Position numbers and translations under genes: made by a program | Notes under the pieces: model-generated | What the model saw: the letters and a program-made list of their open reading frames with translations, nothing else | Database searches by the model: none | What the model was told of the DNA's origin: nothing | Source: an uncultured Phycisphaerales bacterium | Lineage (GTDB): Bacteria > Planctomycetota > Phycisphaerae > Tepidisphaerales > Tepidisphaeraceae | Assembly (NCBI GenBank): GCA_963758525.1 | Contig: CAVWVQ010000003.1 | Span: forward strand, 3,808,001-3,872,000 | Reading direction: 5' to 3' | Length of the DNA: 64,000 nucleotides | Shown: in pieces, positions 9,245-18,621 of the stretch | Layout: each line of letters starts with the position of its first letter | Position numbering within the stretch: position 1 is the stretch's first letter

Positions 9245-11782
9245 TCACTGCGGGGGCGCACTTGGCGCCGTGGCCGGCGCCGTCGTCGGCGGGAGCTTCG
9301 ATGCGTCGACGATCGCGGCGGCCAGCGCCTTCACGACCGGATCCGCGTCGCCCGCGGCCACGGGTCCGCAAAGGCGTTGCTGCGCGGCCGCCGGTTGCAG
9401 GCGTGCGGCGGCGAGCCCCAGGAGGCGTGTCTGCCAGGCGGCGCCGCGGAGCATCTCGTCAATTGTGTCGGAGCGGCCGGGAAGTCCCGGAAGCGTTGCC
9501 GCCAGATAACCCGCCCAGGCCGCGACTTCCGGCGTCGCATCGGATCGCGCTTTGATGATGTAATGGATAAAAAGATCCGCCGAACCGCGAATCGCCGCAT
9601 CCGTTTCCTTGTCCATCCCGGCGACGAACGACGCCATCAGGTCCAGGTCGTGCATGCGGTCGTCGGCCGATCCGCTGACAAAGTCCTCGCGAAGCTCGCG
9701 TTGCGCCGCCGCCGTCTGCAATTCGTTCGGAAGGCGCACAAACGAACGTCCAAACACCACAGATTGCCCGCCGGCGCCGGGGGCGATCCCCTGGCCGAAT
9801 CGGCTTGCGTTGGTCATGACATCGCCGGAGACAATCATCGACCCATTGGCCCGCTGTCGAAGCAACTCGCCGAGTTCGCCCTGATCGACGCGCACCACCT
9901 GGCTGGTGGAGCCGTGTGCTCGAAGAACGATCTGCCCGGTGATCTGGTCGTTTGAAACTGCCGGGAGCTCCTCCTGGGCAATACCTGACACTTTGGCGTC
10001 GATCCAGATCGCCGGTGCGATCGGCCCGCCGAAGCCGATGACAAGATCGCGATCCGATCGATTGGTCAGCGTCACCCGGGCCATCAGCGGATCGCCGAAG
10101 CGGAGGGTGGTCTTGAGCGGCTCGGCATCGACCGAATAGAAAAGTTGCGGCTGATCGATGAGCGAAAGGAACGTCGTCGGAAAGTTTTTGAGCTCCGCGC
10201 GGATGGCATCGACCACCGCCGGGTCATTCCCGGGCGCCGTTGCCGGAGCGGTCGCCGGCGCGGGGGACGGTTCAGAAGCTGCCGGCCCAGTGGTTGGATT
10301 TGTCGCCGGCGGGGGCGCCTCTTCCGACAGCAGCGCCTCGCGAATGACTGCCGCCTCGAGCCCGGTCGGGTGGTCATGGAGCAGTTGGCGAAGCTTGTCC
10401 CGCGTGTGCGGCGGGTCCTTGGCGCGATCCAGCCGGATCAGCCCCAGCGCCGCGAACGGATCGCTGTCCGCGGCCGCCGCCAGGCGTTGACGCGCATCGT
10501 CCCCTTTTCCGATTTCAGCCAGGTACCATCCCTGCAGGCGTTGCAGTGTCACATTATCCGCGGGCAGCGCTTGTTCGAGCGCGTGGAGCACCGGCTCGGC
10601 GCTCTTGGCATCGTTCACATAGAACAGGTCGAACCAGGCAATGTCCTCCATCAGCAACGCGAACGCTTCGTTCAATTTGGGGTCGCGGATGGCACGCAGC
10701 TTCCGCAGCGTCGCAACCGGATCGGGAGTCTCTCCCTCTGCCGGTTGCGTCGCGGGCGCACCGGGCGTTTTGCCGGCGATCAACGTGTTGATTTGCGCCC
10801 AGCGCCGCCACAGCGCGTCGCGCGTCGGGCCGGTCGTCTCGATGTAACCCTGCTGATCTCCGTTGCTGCGCTGGAGAGTCAGTTGCATGAACCACAGCTC
10901 GACGTTCGCGTTGTCGGCTCCCAGCACCTTGCCGATCCACTGCTGGGCGGCCTGAAATTGCCCCGCCTGGAACAGCTCGGAAACGAGGTTGACGTAAAAC
11001 TGCTGATCGTTGACGAGCCCCATCCGCTGCGTGATGCCGAACTCCGTCGAGAACCACTCGGCCGAGTCCTCGGGCATTCCGGCCGCCGCCAGCTCGCGGG
11101 CGATCGCATCGGCCACCAGCGGCTGGATCGGATTGCTGCGCAGCAGGCCGAGCAGACCCCGAATCCGCTCCAGCGGTGTTCCCTGCCTGGTCACCAATTG
11201 ATATTGCCATTGCAGCAACGCCGGGAGCGGGTACAGCTTTAGACCCTGGGCGATCATTGCCAGCGCATCGTCATTGGAGCGATCCAGCAGGAGGGGGACG
11301 CACAGCGCCGCCAGATGTGCCCGGACTTCCGGCGGCAGCTTCGCGTTGCCCACCAGGCCTTTGAGATAATTCAGTTTCTTGTCGGCGGTATCCAGCTTCC
11401 AGACATACAGCTCGATGACGCGCACCGCGGCAACCCGGTCTTCGGGGACAAGCCGCCGATAGGCGTTCCATGCGGCGATCTGCCCGTCAACGTCGTTCAG
11501 GTCCGCGTTGGCGCTGGCAAGCAGCCGCGGATAGCGCGTGTCCCGCGGATCGGACCGCATCGCGGCCTGAAGCATCGCGGCGGACTGCTGCAGCAGTGGA
11601 GCGCTGAGCGAACCGGTGCGAAGCCAGTTTTGCGCCATCTCCGAAATGCGGGCGGCGAACCCGGTGCGGACCGCCACCGCGTCGGCATCGTCCTGCGCCC
11701 GGGCAGCAGGAACGACCGCTCCCGCCAGAAACGCTGCGAGGAGCCAATGAGCGGCAATGCGTTGCGAACCTGACAAGTGCAT
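9245..11782 (-). CDS. Large exported alpha-helical (TPR/HEAT-like) protein, about 845 aa
   Basis: ATG at 11782 preceded by AAGGA. Signal peptide ends AARA-QDD. Helical repeats, PATQP/PATAP linkers and a beta-rich segment near the C-terminus. Confidence 0.75.
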   Translation of the reverse strand: MHLSGSQRIAAHWLLAAFLAGAVVPAARAQDDADAVAVRTGFAARISEMAQNWLRTGSLSAPLLQQSAAMLQAAMRSDPRDTRYPRLLASANADLNDVDGQIAAWNAYRRLVPEDRVAAVRVIELYVWKLDTADKKLNYLKGLVGNAKLPPEVRAHLAALCVPLLLDRSNDDALAMIAQGLKLYPLPALLQWQYQLVTRQGTPLERIRGLLGLLRSNPIQPLVADAIARELAAAGMPEDSAEWFSTEFGITQRMGLVNDQQFYVNLVSELFQAGQFQAAQQWIGKVLGADNANVELWFMQLTLQRSNGDQQGYIETTGPTRDALWRRWAQINTLIAGKTPGAPATQPAEGETPDPVATLRKLRAIRDPKLNEAFALLMEDIAWFDLFYVNDAKSAEPVLHALEQALPADNVTLQRLQGWYLAEIGKGDDARQRLAAAADSDPFAALGLIRLDRAKDPPHTRDKLRQLLHDHPTGLEAAVIREALLSEEAPPPATNPTTGPAASEPSPAPATAPATAPGNDPAVVDAIRAELKNFPTTFLSLIDQPQLFYSVDAEPLKTTLRFGDPLMARVTLTNRSDRDLVIGFGGPIAPAIWIDAKVSGIAQEELPAVSNDQITGQIVLRAHGSTSQVVRVDQGELGELLRQRANGSMIVSGDVMTNASRFGQGIAPGAGGQSVVFGRSFVRLPNELQTAAAQRELREDFVSGSADDRMHDLDLMASFVAGMDKETDAAIRGSADLFIHYIIKARSDATPEVAAWAGYLAATLPGLPGRSDTIDEMLRGAAWQTRLLGLAAARLQPAAAQQRLCGPVAAGDADPVVKALAAAIVDASKLPPTTAPATAPSAPPQ

Positions 11783-11799
11783 CTGGTGATTTCCTTCTT

Positions 11800-12114
11800 T
11801 TATCGTGCCGCCATGCTCAGCGCAATTGCGCTGACGCACGCCAGCACGCAGGCGATGCCGAAGCATAGCCGCAGCACGTCGTCGAGCAGTCTGCGGGGAT
11901 ACATTCGCCCGATCACAAAATACAGCAGGATCGTCTGCGCCAGCGCCCCGGCTGCCATCGCCGCGCTGCGGGCGGCCCAGATCGCCGCTTCCGGCCGGCC
12001 CGTTTGCATGTCGGCCGCCAGATCGGGGGCCGACTCCCAGGTCCAGAGCGCTGCAATGAGCAGCAGCGCGGAGACGAACACGGCTGATGCGATTCTGATC
12101 GTCAAGCGCATCAT
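11800..12114 (-). CDS. Small three-TM membrane protein
   Basis: Three hydrophobic helices. Its ATG overlaps the TGA of the upstream gene. Confidence 0.7.
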   Translation of the reverse strand: MMRLTIRIASAVFVSALLLIAALWTWESAPDLAADMQTGRPEAAIWAARSAAMAAGALAQTILLYFVIGRMYPRRLLDDVLRLCFGIACVLACVSAIALSMAAR

Positions 12115-12950
12115 CCCTGGCCCGCGCCGCGGGCGTCCGCTTGCCACAATTCGCGCAGCATCGGCCGCTCATCCACCAGTTGCTTTGCATCCACCAGCAG
12201 CCGGGCTCGCGCGCCAGCCATTGCGCCCAATCCTCGCGTCCGAGCTTCATCGCGGCAAGCGCCAGCAACGCCTGCGATCGCGCGGCAGCCTCTGTCGGCA
12301 TCAGCTCGGCAAGCTGCACCTTGTTCGTCAGGTTTTCAAACATCGATTTCCAGGCGCCGATCCGCGCTGTAATCCAATTGCAGGAGCATCAGATGCAGAA
12401 CCTCGGCCAGCGAAAGCCGTTCGCGATACAGGCTTGCAATCGCGTCGTACGCGCCGCGGACGTCGCCCATCTCCAGCAGGGCGTCGGTGAGGATCAGCCG
12501 CGCCGGGTTCGACAGCCCGCGCACCGCTCCGCGGCGATGCCCCAGCAGCTCCCGGCAGAGCAGCGCCGTCTCCTGCCAGCGCCGCTGCGCGTGCCGCAGC
12601 AATGCCAGATGATGCAACGGGCGGAGTTTCGCGGCGCTAAACGGGGAAAATGACCGGATGGCTTCGTCGATCTGCTGCTCGGCTTCTTCAAATCGGCCGG
12701 CTGCAATCAACCCGGGCGAAATGGCCGCCAGTTGCGCCCGCCTGACGCTGCTGAGCCCCAGCGCCACCCATCCTCCGACCACGCCGAACAGCATCGCCAG
12801 ACGAAGGGACTCGGGCCCAACGAGGAACGATCCCGCCACTGCCAACGGCAGCAATGCCTTGAGGGCGAGCCCCAACACCAGATCCCGCCGCGTGCGATGA
12901 ATGGCTGCTTCCGCAGTCAGCATGTTGCTCAACATTGCGTCATCCTTCAA
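12111..12950 (-). CDS. Membrane-anchored TPR-like protein; two frameshifts (near 12362 and 12210)
   Basis: Two N-terminal TMs then TPR-like helices. Reading continues LDYSA/RIGAWKSMFENL and WLAR/RARLLVDAKQL to a TGA overlapping the next ATG. Exact start uncertain. Confidence 0.7.
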
Positions 12951-13825
12951 ACCGCGGGCATTTCCGCCGGCAGATAGCGTGTGGTGAGCTTTCCCAATTC
13001 GGGATATCTCCGCAGCAACTCCGCCGGCGGCGCAAGCAGCGTTGCGTTGAGAATGGCCTGGCGCGCCTCGGTCTGATGGCCCAGCAGATCGTGCGCCCGC
13101 CCGATCAGCGCCCAGGCGTCCGCCACGCGATGTCCCAGTTGCTCGCGCAGTTGCGGGAGCCGTTTCTCGAACATCTCAATTGCTTCCAGCGGATGTCCGG
13201 TGGTCACGTCGCGATAAATCTCCACTAGCGCCAGCCCGGCAGACTCTGCCGCTCCCGGCGACCGGCGCAGTTCCGAGATCGCCCGGTCGGCATCGAATAG
13301 CCGCTCCTGCCGCAGCATCGCCATCGTGCGTGCCACTTGCAGTCCGAAGGCGCTTCCCGGGTCGACCAGTTGATGATCCAGCAGATACTCCTGAATGACG
13401 ATCGCCTCATCAAACCGGTCGTAACGCGCCAGGGCGACTGAGAAATAGACCAGCGCCTGGGATCGGAGCTGACGAGAGATGGCCGGCTGCGACAACATCT
13501 GCCGAAGCGTTCCCGCCGCCTCCGGCCACCGCCGCAATTGGATCATCTCCGCGACCTGATCGAGCTTCTGATGCTGCGTCCTGACGGCCCGCACGTTGGC
13601 AAACGAAATGCCCATCAGCGTCAGGAGCACGCCGGTCATCGCAACCGCGCACATCGCGTTGAGTGCAGCGTCAATCTCTTTCGATTGGCCCGAAAGGGCA
13701 TGATCCACGACTGCCAGCAAAACCCCCACGCCAATGCCATACCACACCCATGGCACGCGCGGCTGCGGCTCGCTGACCTCCAGCAGGAGGGGAACATCCA
13801 GTTGATCCACCGGCGACGAACTCAT
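12947..13825 (-). CDS. Membrane-anchored TPR-like protein
   Basis: Two TMs followed by TPR-like repeats (IQLRRWPEAA, YDRFDEAI, DAWALIGRAHDLLG). Confidence 0.75.
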   Translation of the reverse strand: MSSSPVDQLDVPLLLEVSEPQPRVPWVWYGIGVGVLLAVVDHALSGQSKEIDAALNAMCAVAMTGVLLTLMGISFANVRAVRTQHQKLDQVAEMIQLRRWPEAAGTLRQMLSQPAISRQLRSQALVYFSVALARYDRFDEAIVIQEYLLDHQLVDPGSAFGLQVARTMAMLRQERLFDADRAISELRRSPGAAESAGLALVEIYRDVTTGHPLEAIEMFEKRLPQLREQLGHRVADAWALIGRAHDLLGHQTEARQAILNATLLAPPAELLRRYPELGKLTTRYLPAEMPAV

Positions 13826-13997
13826 ATTGAAACGATTCTACGGGTCCGGTCAGCAAATGAAAACGCCCCAGCAGCGAAGACCCGCAGCGAACGCTCTCCG
13901 ACAGGGTGTCCTGATTTCGCGGGAGCGTGCAACTTCGGATGCTGCAACTATTTCACCCTCCCCTGATGCTGCTCGGAAGGGAGATACCAGAGACGAA

Positions 13998-14113
13998 GAA
14001 ATCCCCAATGCCCAATGGCCAACAAAATCCCAAGCCGCAATGACCCATGTAAGAACACCAGCCTTTGGCCTTGGGGTTTGGTGCTTTGTTGGCCATTGGG
14101 CCTTGGACATTTC
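13998..14113. repeat. Intergenic inverted repeat (CCCAATG/CATTGGG type)
   Basis: Perfect 17-bp core GCCCAATGGCCAACAAA (14010-14026) versus TTTGTTGGCCATTGGGC (14085-14101), with imperfect extension on both sides. Confidence 0.75.
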
Positions 14114-14210
14114 CGCTGGCCCCCAGCTTCTGGTGTCCCACGCGCTACTTATGGCCGTGCGCGGTAAAGTCTGAAGCGGCTCTCTCGCCAAAGGAAACCG
14201 AAGAAGGCGC

Positions 14211-14333
14211 ATGATCTTGATTCTCGAGGACAACGATCGCGTCTATCCATTCGGAGATGATTGGATCGATAAGAGTTGGGTTCCTGTCGCACGCCGACTC
14301 CCATCGGATTGCTCAAGGCGGCGAAAGTGTTGA
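14211..14333 (+). pseudogene. 40-codon stub resembling the joined N- and C-termini of a receiver-like protein
   Basis: MILILEDNDRVYPFGDDWIDKSWVPVARRL. Its TGA overlaps the next ATG. Confidence 0.4.
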
Positions 14334-14923
14334 TGTGGGATTGTACTCCTCAGACTCTTCTCGGTGGTGGCGTCGAGCGGTTTGTTCCGCGCCAGAATGG
14401 CTCCGCGATTTCATATGCCGAGGCACTGCGGCTGTGGCAAAATAATGAGTCGTTCAGGTCGTTCTTTATGTCGCTTCTGGCCGAATCGCGTTTTTCAGGT
14501 TATCGGTGGGAAACGCCCCCCATCACATCCGCCAGTGCTGGCAGGGAGTTCGAGTTTGTTCTGGTAGATTCGCCCGGGTTGGATGGCACTCCCGATCGCC
14601 TTGCGTTCGCGGATCAGTTCGAATCGTTAGACGTTCATCGCCAGGTGGTCGTATTCCCCAACCTGGGAAAGGACGCGGTTCTAGTTGTGCCGCGGCTTGT
14701 CGGGGTTGCGTCCGCTTACGCTCACCTCGCGCTGTTCATGCGTAACGCGCCCTCGCCGCAACAACATGAATTGTGGCGCACCGTCGGCGCGGCAATGCAA
14801 GCGCGATTGGGGTCGACGCCCGTCTGGCTGAGCACCGCAGGGATGGGCGTCTCTTGGCTTCACGTTCGACTTGACGACCGACCGAAATATTACGCCTTCG
14901 CGGAATACCGCCAAGTTCCATAG
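14333..14923 (+). CDS. DUF6940-like hypothetical protein
   Basis: WETPP, FEFVL, FPNLGKDAVLVVP and PVWLSTAGMGVSWLHVRLDDRPKYY motifs. Confidence 0.7.
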   Translation: MWDCTPQTLLGGGVERFVPRQNGSAISYAEALRLWQNNESFRSFFMSLLAESRFSGYRWETPPITSASAGREFEFVLVDSPGLDGTPDRLAFADQFESLDVHRQVVVFPNLGKDAVLVVPRLVGVASAYAHLALFMRNAPSPQQHELWRTVGAAMQARLGSTPVWLSTAGMGVSWLHVRLDDRPKYYAFAEYRQVP

Positions 14924-15142
14924 CTTTCTCCCCGCGCGGATCGTATACTGTGTTCGGCGGATTGACGATTCCAGTCAGGGCACGCGATTCACTCCTAACG
15001 CGCCGTCCGCTGCACTTGCCCCCTGTAGGCCAATACGCTGGCGAATCTTGATCTCTGTTGACGGTGTGTGACGCGCGGTCTGTCAAGGCTTTCGCGTCGC
15101 CCCTCCTCTTTAGGGACCGGCGAAGTTCGCCGGAAATGATTT

Positions 15143-15442
15143 ATGGCTAAATTTATGGTTCGAGTGGATCTCCACGACGCCGAAACTCCCGAGCAGTACG
15201 AATTTCTCGATGGTGCGATGGAAAAGAAGGGCTTTTCACGCGAGTTTTCGGGGAAGAAGGCGATCTACCAGCTTCCCTGCGGCGAATATTGGTACGTCGC
15301 GAGCGCGACAACCACCGCAGATGTACGCGCCCTCGCAGCGACGGCCGCGGAAAAAACCAAGCAGGCGTTTGGCATCATGGCGGTCCGCGTGGACGGCTGG
15401 AGCGCGATGGGCCTCAAAAAACCCGCCGCGTCTGCCAGTTGA
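15143..15442 (+). CDS. DUF2622/GhoS-like small ferredoxin-fold protein
   Basis: MAKFMVRVDLHDA, YEFLDGAMEKKGFSR and YQLPCGEY match the family pattern. Confidence 0.7.
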   Translation: MAKFMVRVDLHDAETPEQYEFLDGAMEKKGFSREFSGKKAIYQLPCGEYWYVASATTTADVRALAATAAEKTKQAFGIMAVRVDGWSAMGLKKPAASAS

Positions 15443-15565
15443 TCCAGATTCGCAGCCGTTCACCCGCAACGGCTCGCAGTTGTGGCCCAGGTTAGCCGCA
15501 ATGCGAAGCGGAGCCCGTATTGCCCCGAAATGAAGACCGATCCCAGACCGCAGAAAGGTGTTTCA

Positions 15566-15904
15566 ATGAGTGAGATCACTCCGTTTCGAGATCCCGCTTC
15601 AGCTCCCGATGCAGCGGACTTGTCCGCGGAAATCGCGCAGTCGATCGAACGCGGATACGGAGAACGCGTTACCTGCCGAAGAATCTCCGGCAGCAAATAT
15701 CGATGCAACTGGTGGTCCCCCCATTCGCCCAAGGGGTACGACAATCCCGCCATGCAGGGACTGCTGGTGACGACGCATGTCGTCAAGCGAAGTCGATTTC
15801 TCACGATCAATGCAACTCCGCAGGGCCTTGTGATCAGCGAATCGGCCGGCGATCGCAACGGACCGCCCCTGAAGTTTTCCCGGGCAGTCGCCGTCGGGAA
15901 GTGA
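15566..15904 (+). CDS. Hypothetical protein
   Basis: GAAAGG ahead of ATG 15566. Contains YRCNWW and HVVKRSRFL. Confidence 0.65.
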   Translation: MSEITPFRDPASAPDAADLSAEIAQSIERGYGERVTCRRISGSKYRCNWWSPHSPKGYDNPAMQGLLVTTHVVKRSRFLTINATPQGLVISESAGDRNGPPLKFSRAVAVGK

Positions 15905-16028
15905 TCCGTATATCCGTGCGCATTCAAGCGATTCCACAACCTTTTAGCGGCTGCCCCAAAGGGCAGCGTGTTGCTTGCACATGCGCCCACCCGCGCACAT
16001 TCATCCAGTCGATCACGGAGCAAACAGA

Positions 16029-16718
16029 ATGAACACGCAGCTCTCAGGCCCCCATCAAATCACCTACGAGGCGGTGTTTCAGCATCCGGTGTCGCGCAAT
16101 CTGCAATGGCGCGACGTGCGGTCGATGCTCGCCGCGCTGGCCGACACCACAGAAGATCGCGACGAGACCGTGAAGTTCACCCGCAATGGCAAAACGCTGC
16201 TCGTTCATCCCCCCAAGCGAAAAGATTTCTCCGACGTGCATGAACTGATGAAAATTCGCTCGTTTCTGGAGCAGTCGGAAGCGCCTGAACCCAAGGCAGC
16301 GGGGGGCTTGCATCTCCTGGTCGTGATCGATCACCGCGAAGCGCGGATTTTCAAGACCGAGCTGCACGGCTCGACCCCGCAGCGGATCACGCCTTTCGAC
16401 CCCCACGAATCGCGCCGACATCTCCATTACGTGGCGGACGATTCAAACGGTCAGCGCCGCCCGGAGCTCAAAAGCTTCTACGAGGCGGTCACGCGCACGC
16501 TCGGCGGAGCCGAGAAGATTCTCATCCTCGGGACTGCCACCGGGTCGAGCAGCGCGATGGAGCATCTCGTCGCGGAATTAAAGGAACATCACCCCGATCT
16601 CGCCCGCCGGGTCGTCGGCACCATCGCCGTGAATGAACATCACATGACCGAGCCGCAGATGCTGGCCGAGGCCCGCGCGTTTTACGCAAAAGCTCCTGTT
16701 GCCCCCAGCGCCAAGTAA
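16029..16718 (+). CDS. HicA-like N-terminal domain fused to an eRF1/baeRF-like domain
   Basis: N-half VFQHPVSRNLQWRDVRSML...LVHPP...KIRSFL. C-half VVIDHREARIF...FYEAV...KILILG...TEPQMLAEARAFY. Confidence 0.7.
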   Translation: MNTQLSGPHQITYEAVFQHPVSRNLQWRDVRSMLAALADTTEDRDETVKFTRNGKTLLVHPPKRKDFSDVHELMKIRSFLEQSEAPEPKAAGGLHLLVVIDHREARIFKTELHGSTPQRITPFDPHESRRHLHYVADDSNGQRRPELKSFYEAVTRTLGGAEKILILGTATGSSSAMEHLVAELKEHHPDLARRVVGTIAVNEHHMTEPQMLAEARAFYAKAPVAPSAK

Positions 16719-16788
16719 CACGCCTGTTTCCGCATCCTGGAATTGTTAAGGACTGGTAAATCCATCGCAGCCGGATAACACTGTCATC

Positions 16789-17895
16789 GTGGCCGACGCC
16801 GACGACGACACCTTCCCTCTGCTCGAACGCGAAGACGCGCTCGTTGAAGAGTTGCGCTTAAACGTCCCAAAAGCCCTCAAGGAGTGGGACGAAGAGGCGA
16901 TCCATGCCGCGCGCGTCGCAACCCGGCGCCTCAAGGCAGCGCTCACTCTGATGAAGCCGGTCTTGTCGAGCGACCAGCACAAGCCATTTGGAGGCACGCT
17001 CCGCAAGCTCCGCCGCCGGCTTGGCCCATTGCGCGATCTCGATGTCATGATCACGCACCTGCAAGAAATGCGGCCGCGCAATCAGCGCCTCGGGCCGGCC
17101 CTGGTCTGGCTGATCGAACAATTGCAGCAGTCGCGCGTCGCAGCCCGCGAGCATTCCCAAAAACGCGCTTCGGCGGGTCACGTGCTGGCGCGGCTCGGAA
17201 CCTGGTGGGACGTGCGCGAGGAAGTGCTCGCCGCGCATGAAGCGATCGACTCATTGATAGCCGAACAACTCCACCTGCAACTCGACTCGTTTGCCGAGCG
17301 CGCCGATCGCCTTGTCGGGGCATCAACCCACGCAGGCCCGCCCAAGCAGCCTGCGATCGATCCTCACGAGCTTCGGATCGCCGGCAAGTCGCTCCGCTAC
17401 ACGCTGGAAATGGCAGAATTGGAAGGGCACGAGCTGCCAAAGAAAATCACCAAGGCTTTCAAGAAAATGCAGGAATCCCTGGGTCTCTGGCACGATTACG
17501 TCGTGCTGAGCGAGCGCGTCATGCAGCTTTCGCTTGAGGCACTGCTCCCGCATCACAACGCGCCCCTGCAGGCCGACGTGCTCGACGTCGCCAAGAACCT
17601 GCTGGGCCGATCCACCACGCACTTGAAAGAGTTCGCCTCCCTCTGGTCGCTGCGCGGCCCGGAGCTGTCGGCCAGCATCCGCCAGCATTTCCCCTTGTCG
17701 CGCCCGGTCAGCGCGACAGACGCAGCTTCACCGGTCGCGCCGGAAGCGACCCCCATTGTCGCGCCGCCGGCCGATCACGTTGCCACGCCGGCGCCAGCGC
17801 CCCTCACCGCACCGAAAACGGATCCCGATCCGCCTGACTCAGCAGAAACTCCAGCCCCGGCAGCGCCTGTTCCAGACGCTGCTTCAGTCGTTTGA
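16789..17895 (+). CDS. CHAD domain protein with Pro/Ala-rich tail
   Basis: EAIHAARVATRRLKA, LGPLRDLDV, HELRIAGKSLRYTLE and QESLGLWHD. Confidence 0.9.
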   Translation: MADADDDTFPLLEREDALVEELRLNVPKALKEWDEEAIHAARVATRRLKAALTLMKPVLSSDQHKPFGGTLRKLRRRLGPLRDLDVMITHLQEMRPRNQRLGPALVWLIEQLQQSRVAAREHSQKRASAGHVLARLGTWWDVREEVLAAHEAIDSLIAEQLHLQLDSFAERADRLVGASTHAGPPKQPAIDPHELRIAGKSLRYTLEMAELEGHELPKKITKAFKKMQESLGLWHDYVVLSERVMQLSLEALLPHHNAPLQADVLDVAKNLLGRSTTHLKEFASLWSLRGPELSASIRQHFPLSRPVSATDAASPVAPEATPIVAPPADHVATPAPAPLTAPKTDPDPPDSAETPAPAAPVPDAASVV

Positions 17896-17953
17896 GGGCG
17901 ACGCGCTCGCTGTTGGAATGCAGCGTGCACACCACCGTGATCCCCGCGGCCGC
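17799..17953. repeat. Direct repeat copy 1 (duplicated nif3 3' end / CHAD gene 3' end)
   Basis: 155 bp identical to 19032-19186 except one base (17930 versus 19163). Confidence 0.95.
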
Positions 17954-17997
17954 CGCGCGAAAGGCGTCATGATGAGCGGCTCGCTCTGCGACCTGAC

Positions 17998-18612
17998 TCA
18001 CGGCGACGGCGGTGGATCGGCACACATGATCCTTCCCAGCAAGTTGGGTTCGGCAGCGAGCAGCGGTCGGAACCCAAGATCATTCTGAACTTGAACCGCC
18101 AGTGCCGTTCCGCGAATTTCCTCTTGTCTGATGAAGCGGATGATTTGCTCAACTGCCCAGACGACGGCACCCCCGTCCACTCGCGCCGGAGCATAAAAAC
18201 GTGCTCGCTGAAGAAGCGGGTTCCATGCAGAGCGCACCAGGATCGGATGACCGTGCGGAAGGAAGATCAGCGGAAGCTGGACGTGGCAAAGCTCCAACCC
18301 TCGTTCATGGAGGTTCGCCTGCAATATGTTGGAATAAGCGTTCTCAACGCTGTTCCAGCCGCGCCCCTGCGAAAGAAATCTCGCGGTGACAAAGTAGATG
18401 ACGTGGCGGCAGTGGACGATGCCTTCCCGCAGCGCCTCGTAGGCGTCTTGGCCGGCCGGATAGTGATGCTGGTCAAACCAAGGAGAGAACCTCGCGTTCT
18501 GCAACGCCTGGAAGACGGGCAGCACCAGTCGATCTCGATCCTCGGCGCAGTGTGATAGAAATGCATGATGGGTACATCGAGGGAGGCTCCTAACATTCCA
18601 ATCGCCGATCAT
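17998..18612 (-). CDS. Stand-alone TIR domain protein
   Basis: AFLSHCAED (beta-A), PWFD, GIVHCRHVIYFVTARFL and WNSVE with the putative catalytic Glu. Confidence 0.85.
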   Translation of the reverse strand: MIGDWNVRSLPRCTHHAFLSHCAEDRDRLVLPVFQALQNARFSPWFDQHHYPAGQDAYEALREGIVHCRHVIYFVTARFLSQGRGWNSVENAYSNILQANLHERGLELCHVQLPLIFLPHGHPILVRSAWNPLLQRARFYAPARVDGGAVVWAVEQIIRFIRQEEIRGTALAVQVQNDLGFRPLLAAEPNLLGRIMCADPPPSP

Positions 18613-18621
18613 TCCGAATGC

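Noticed and set aside
9245..12343. Single 1032-aa ORF
   Set aside because: Its first ~187 codons come from a frameshifted upstream gene and a shadow frame. The real start is at 11782 with an RBS and signal peptide.
14960..15020. attC-like integron site (CCTAAC / GTTCGGC cores)
   Set aside because: No convincing paired L/R boxes, no repetition between neighbouring genes and no integrase in the window.
17998..18612. Assignment of the TIR gene to Thoeris, CBASS, Pycsar or SPARTA
   Set aside because: No SIR2/Macro ThsA, nucleotide cyclase or Argonaute gene is adjacent.
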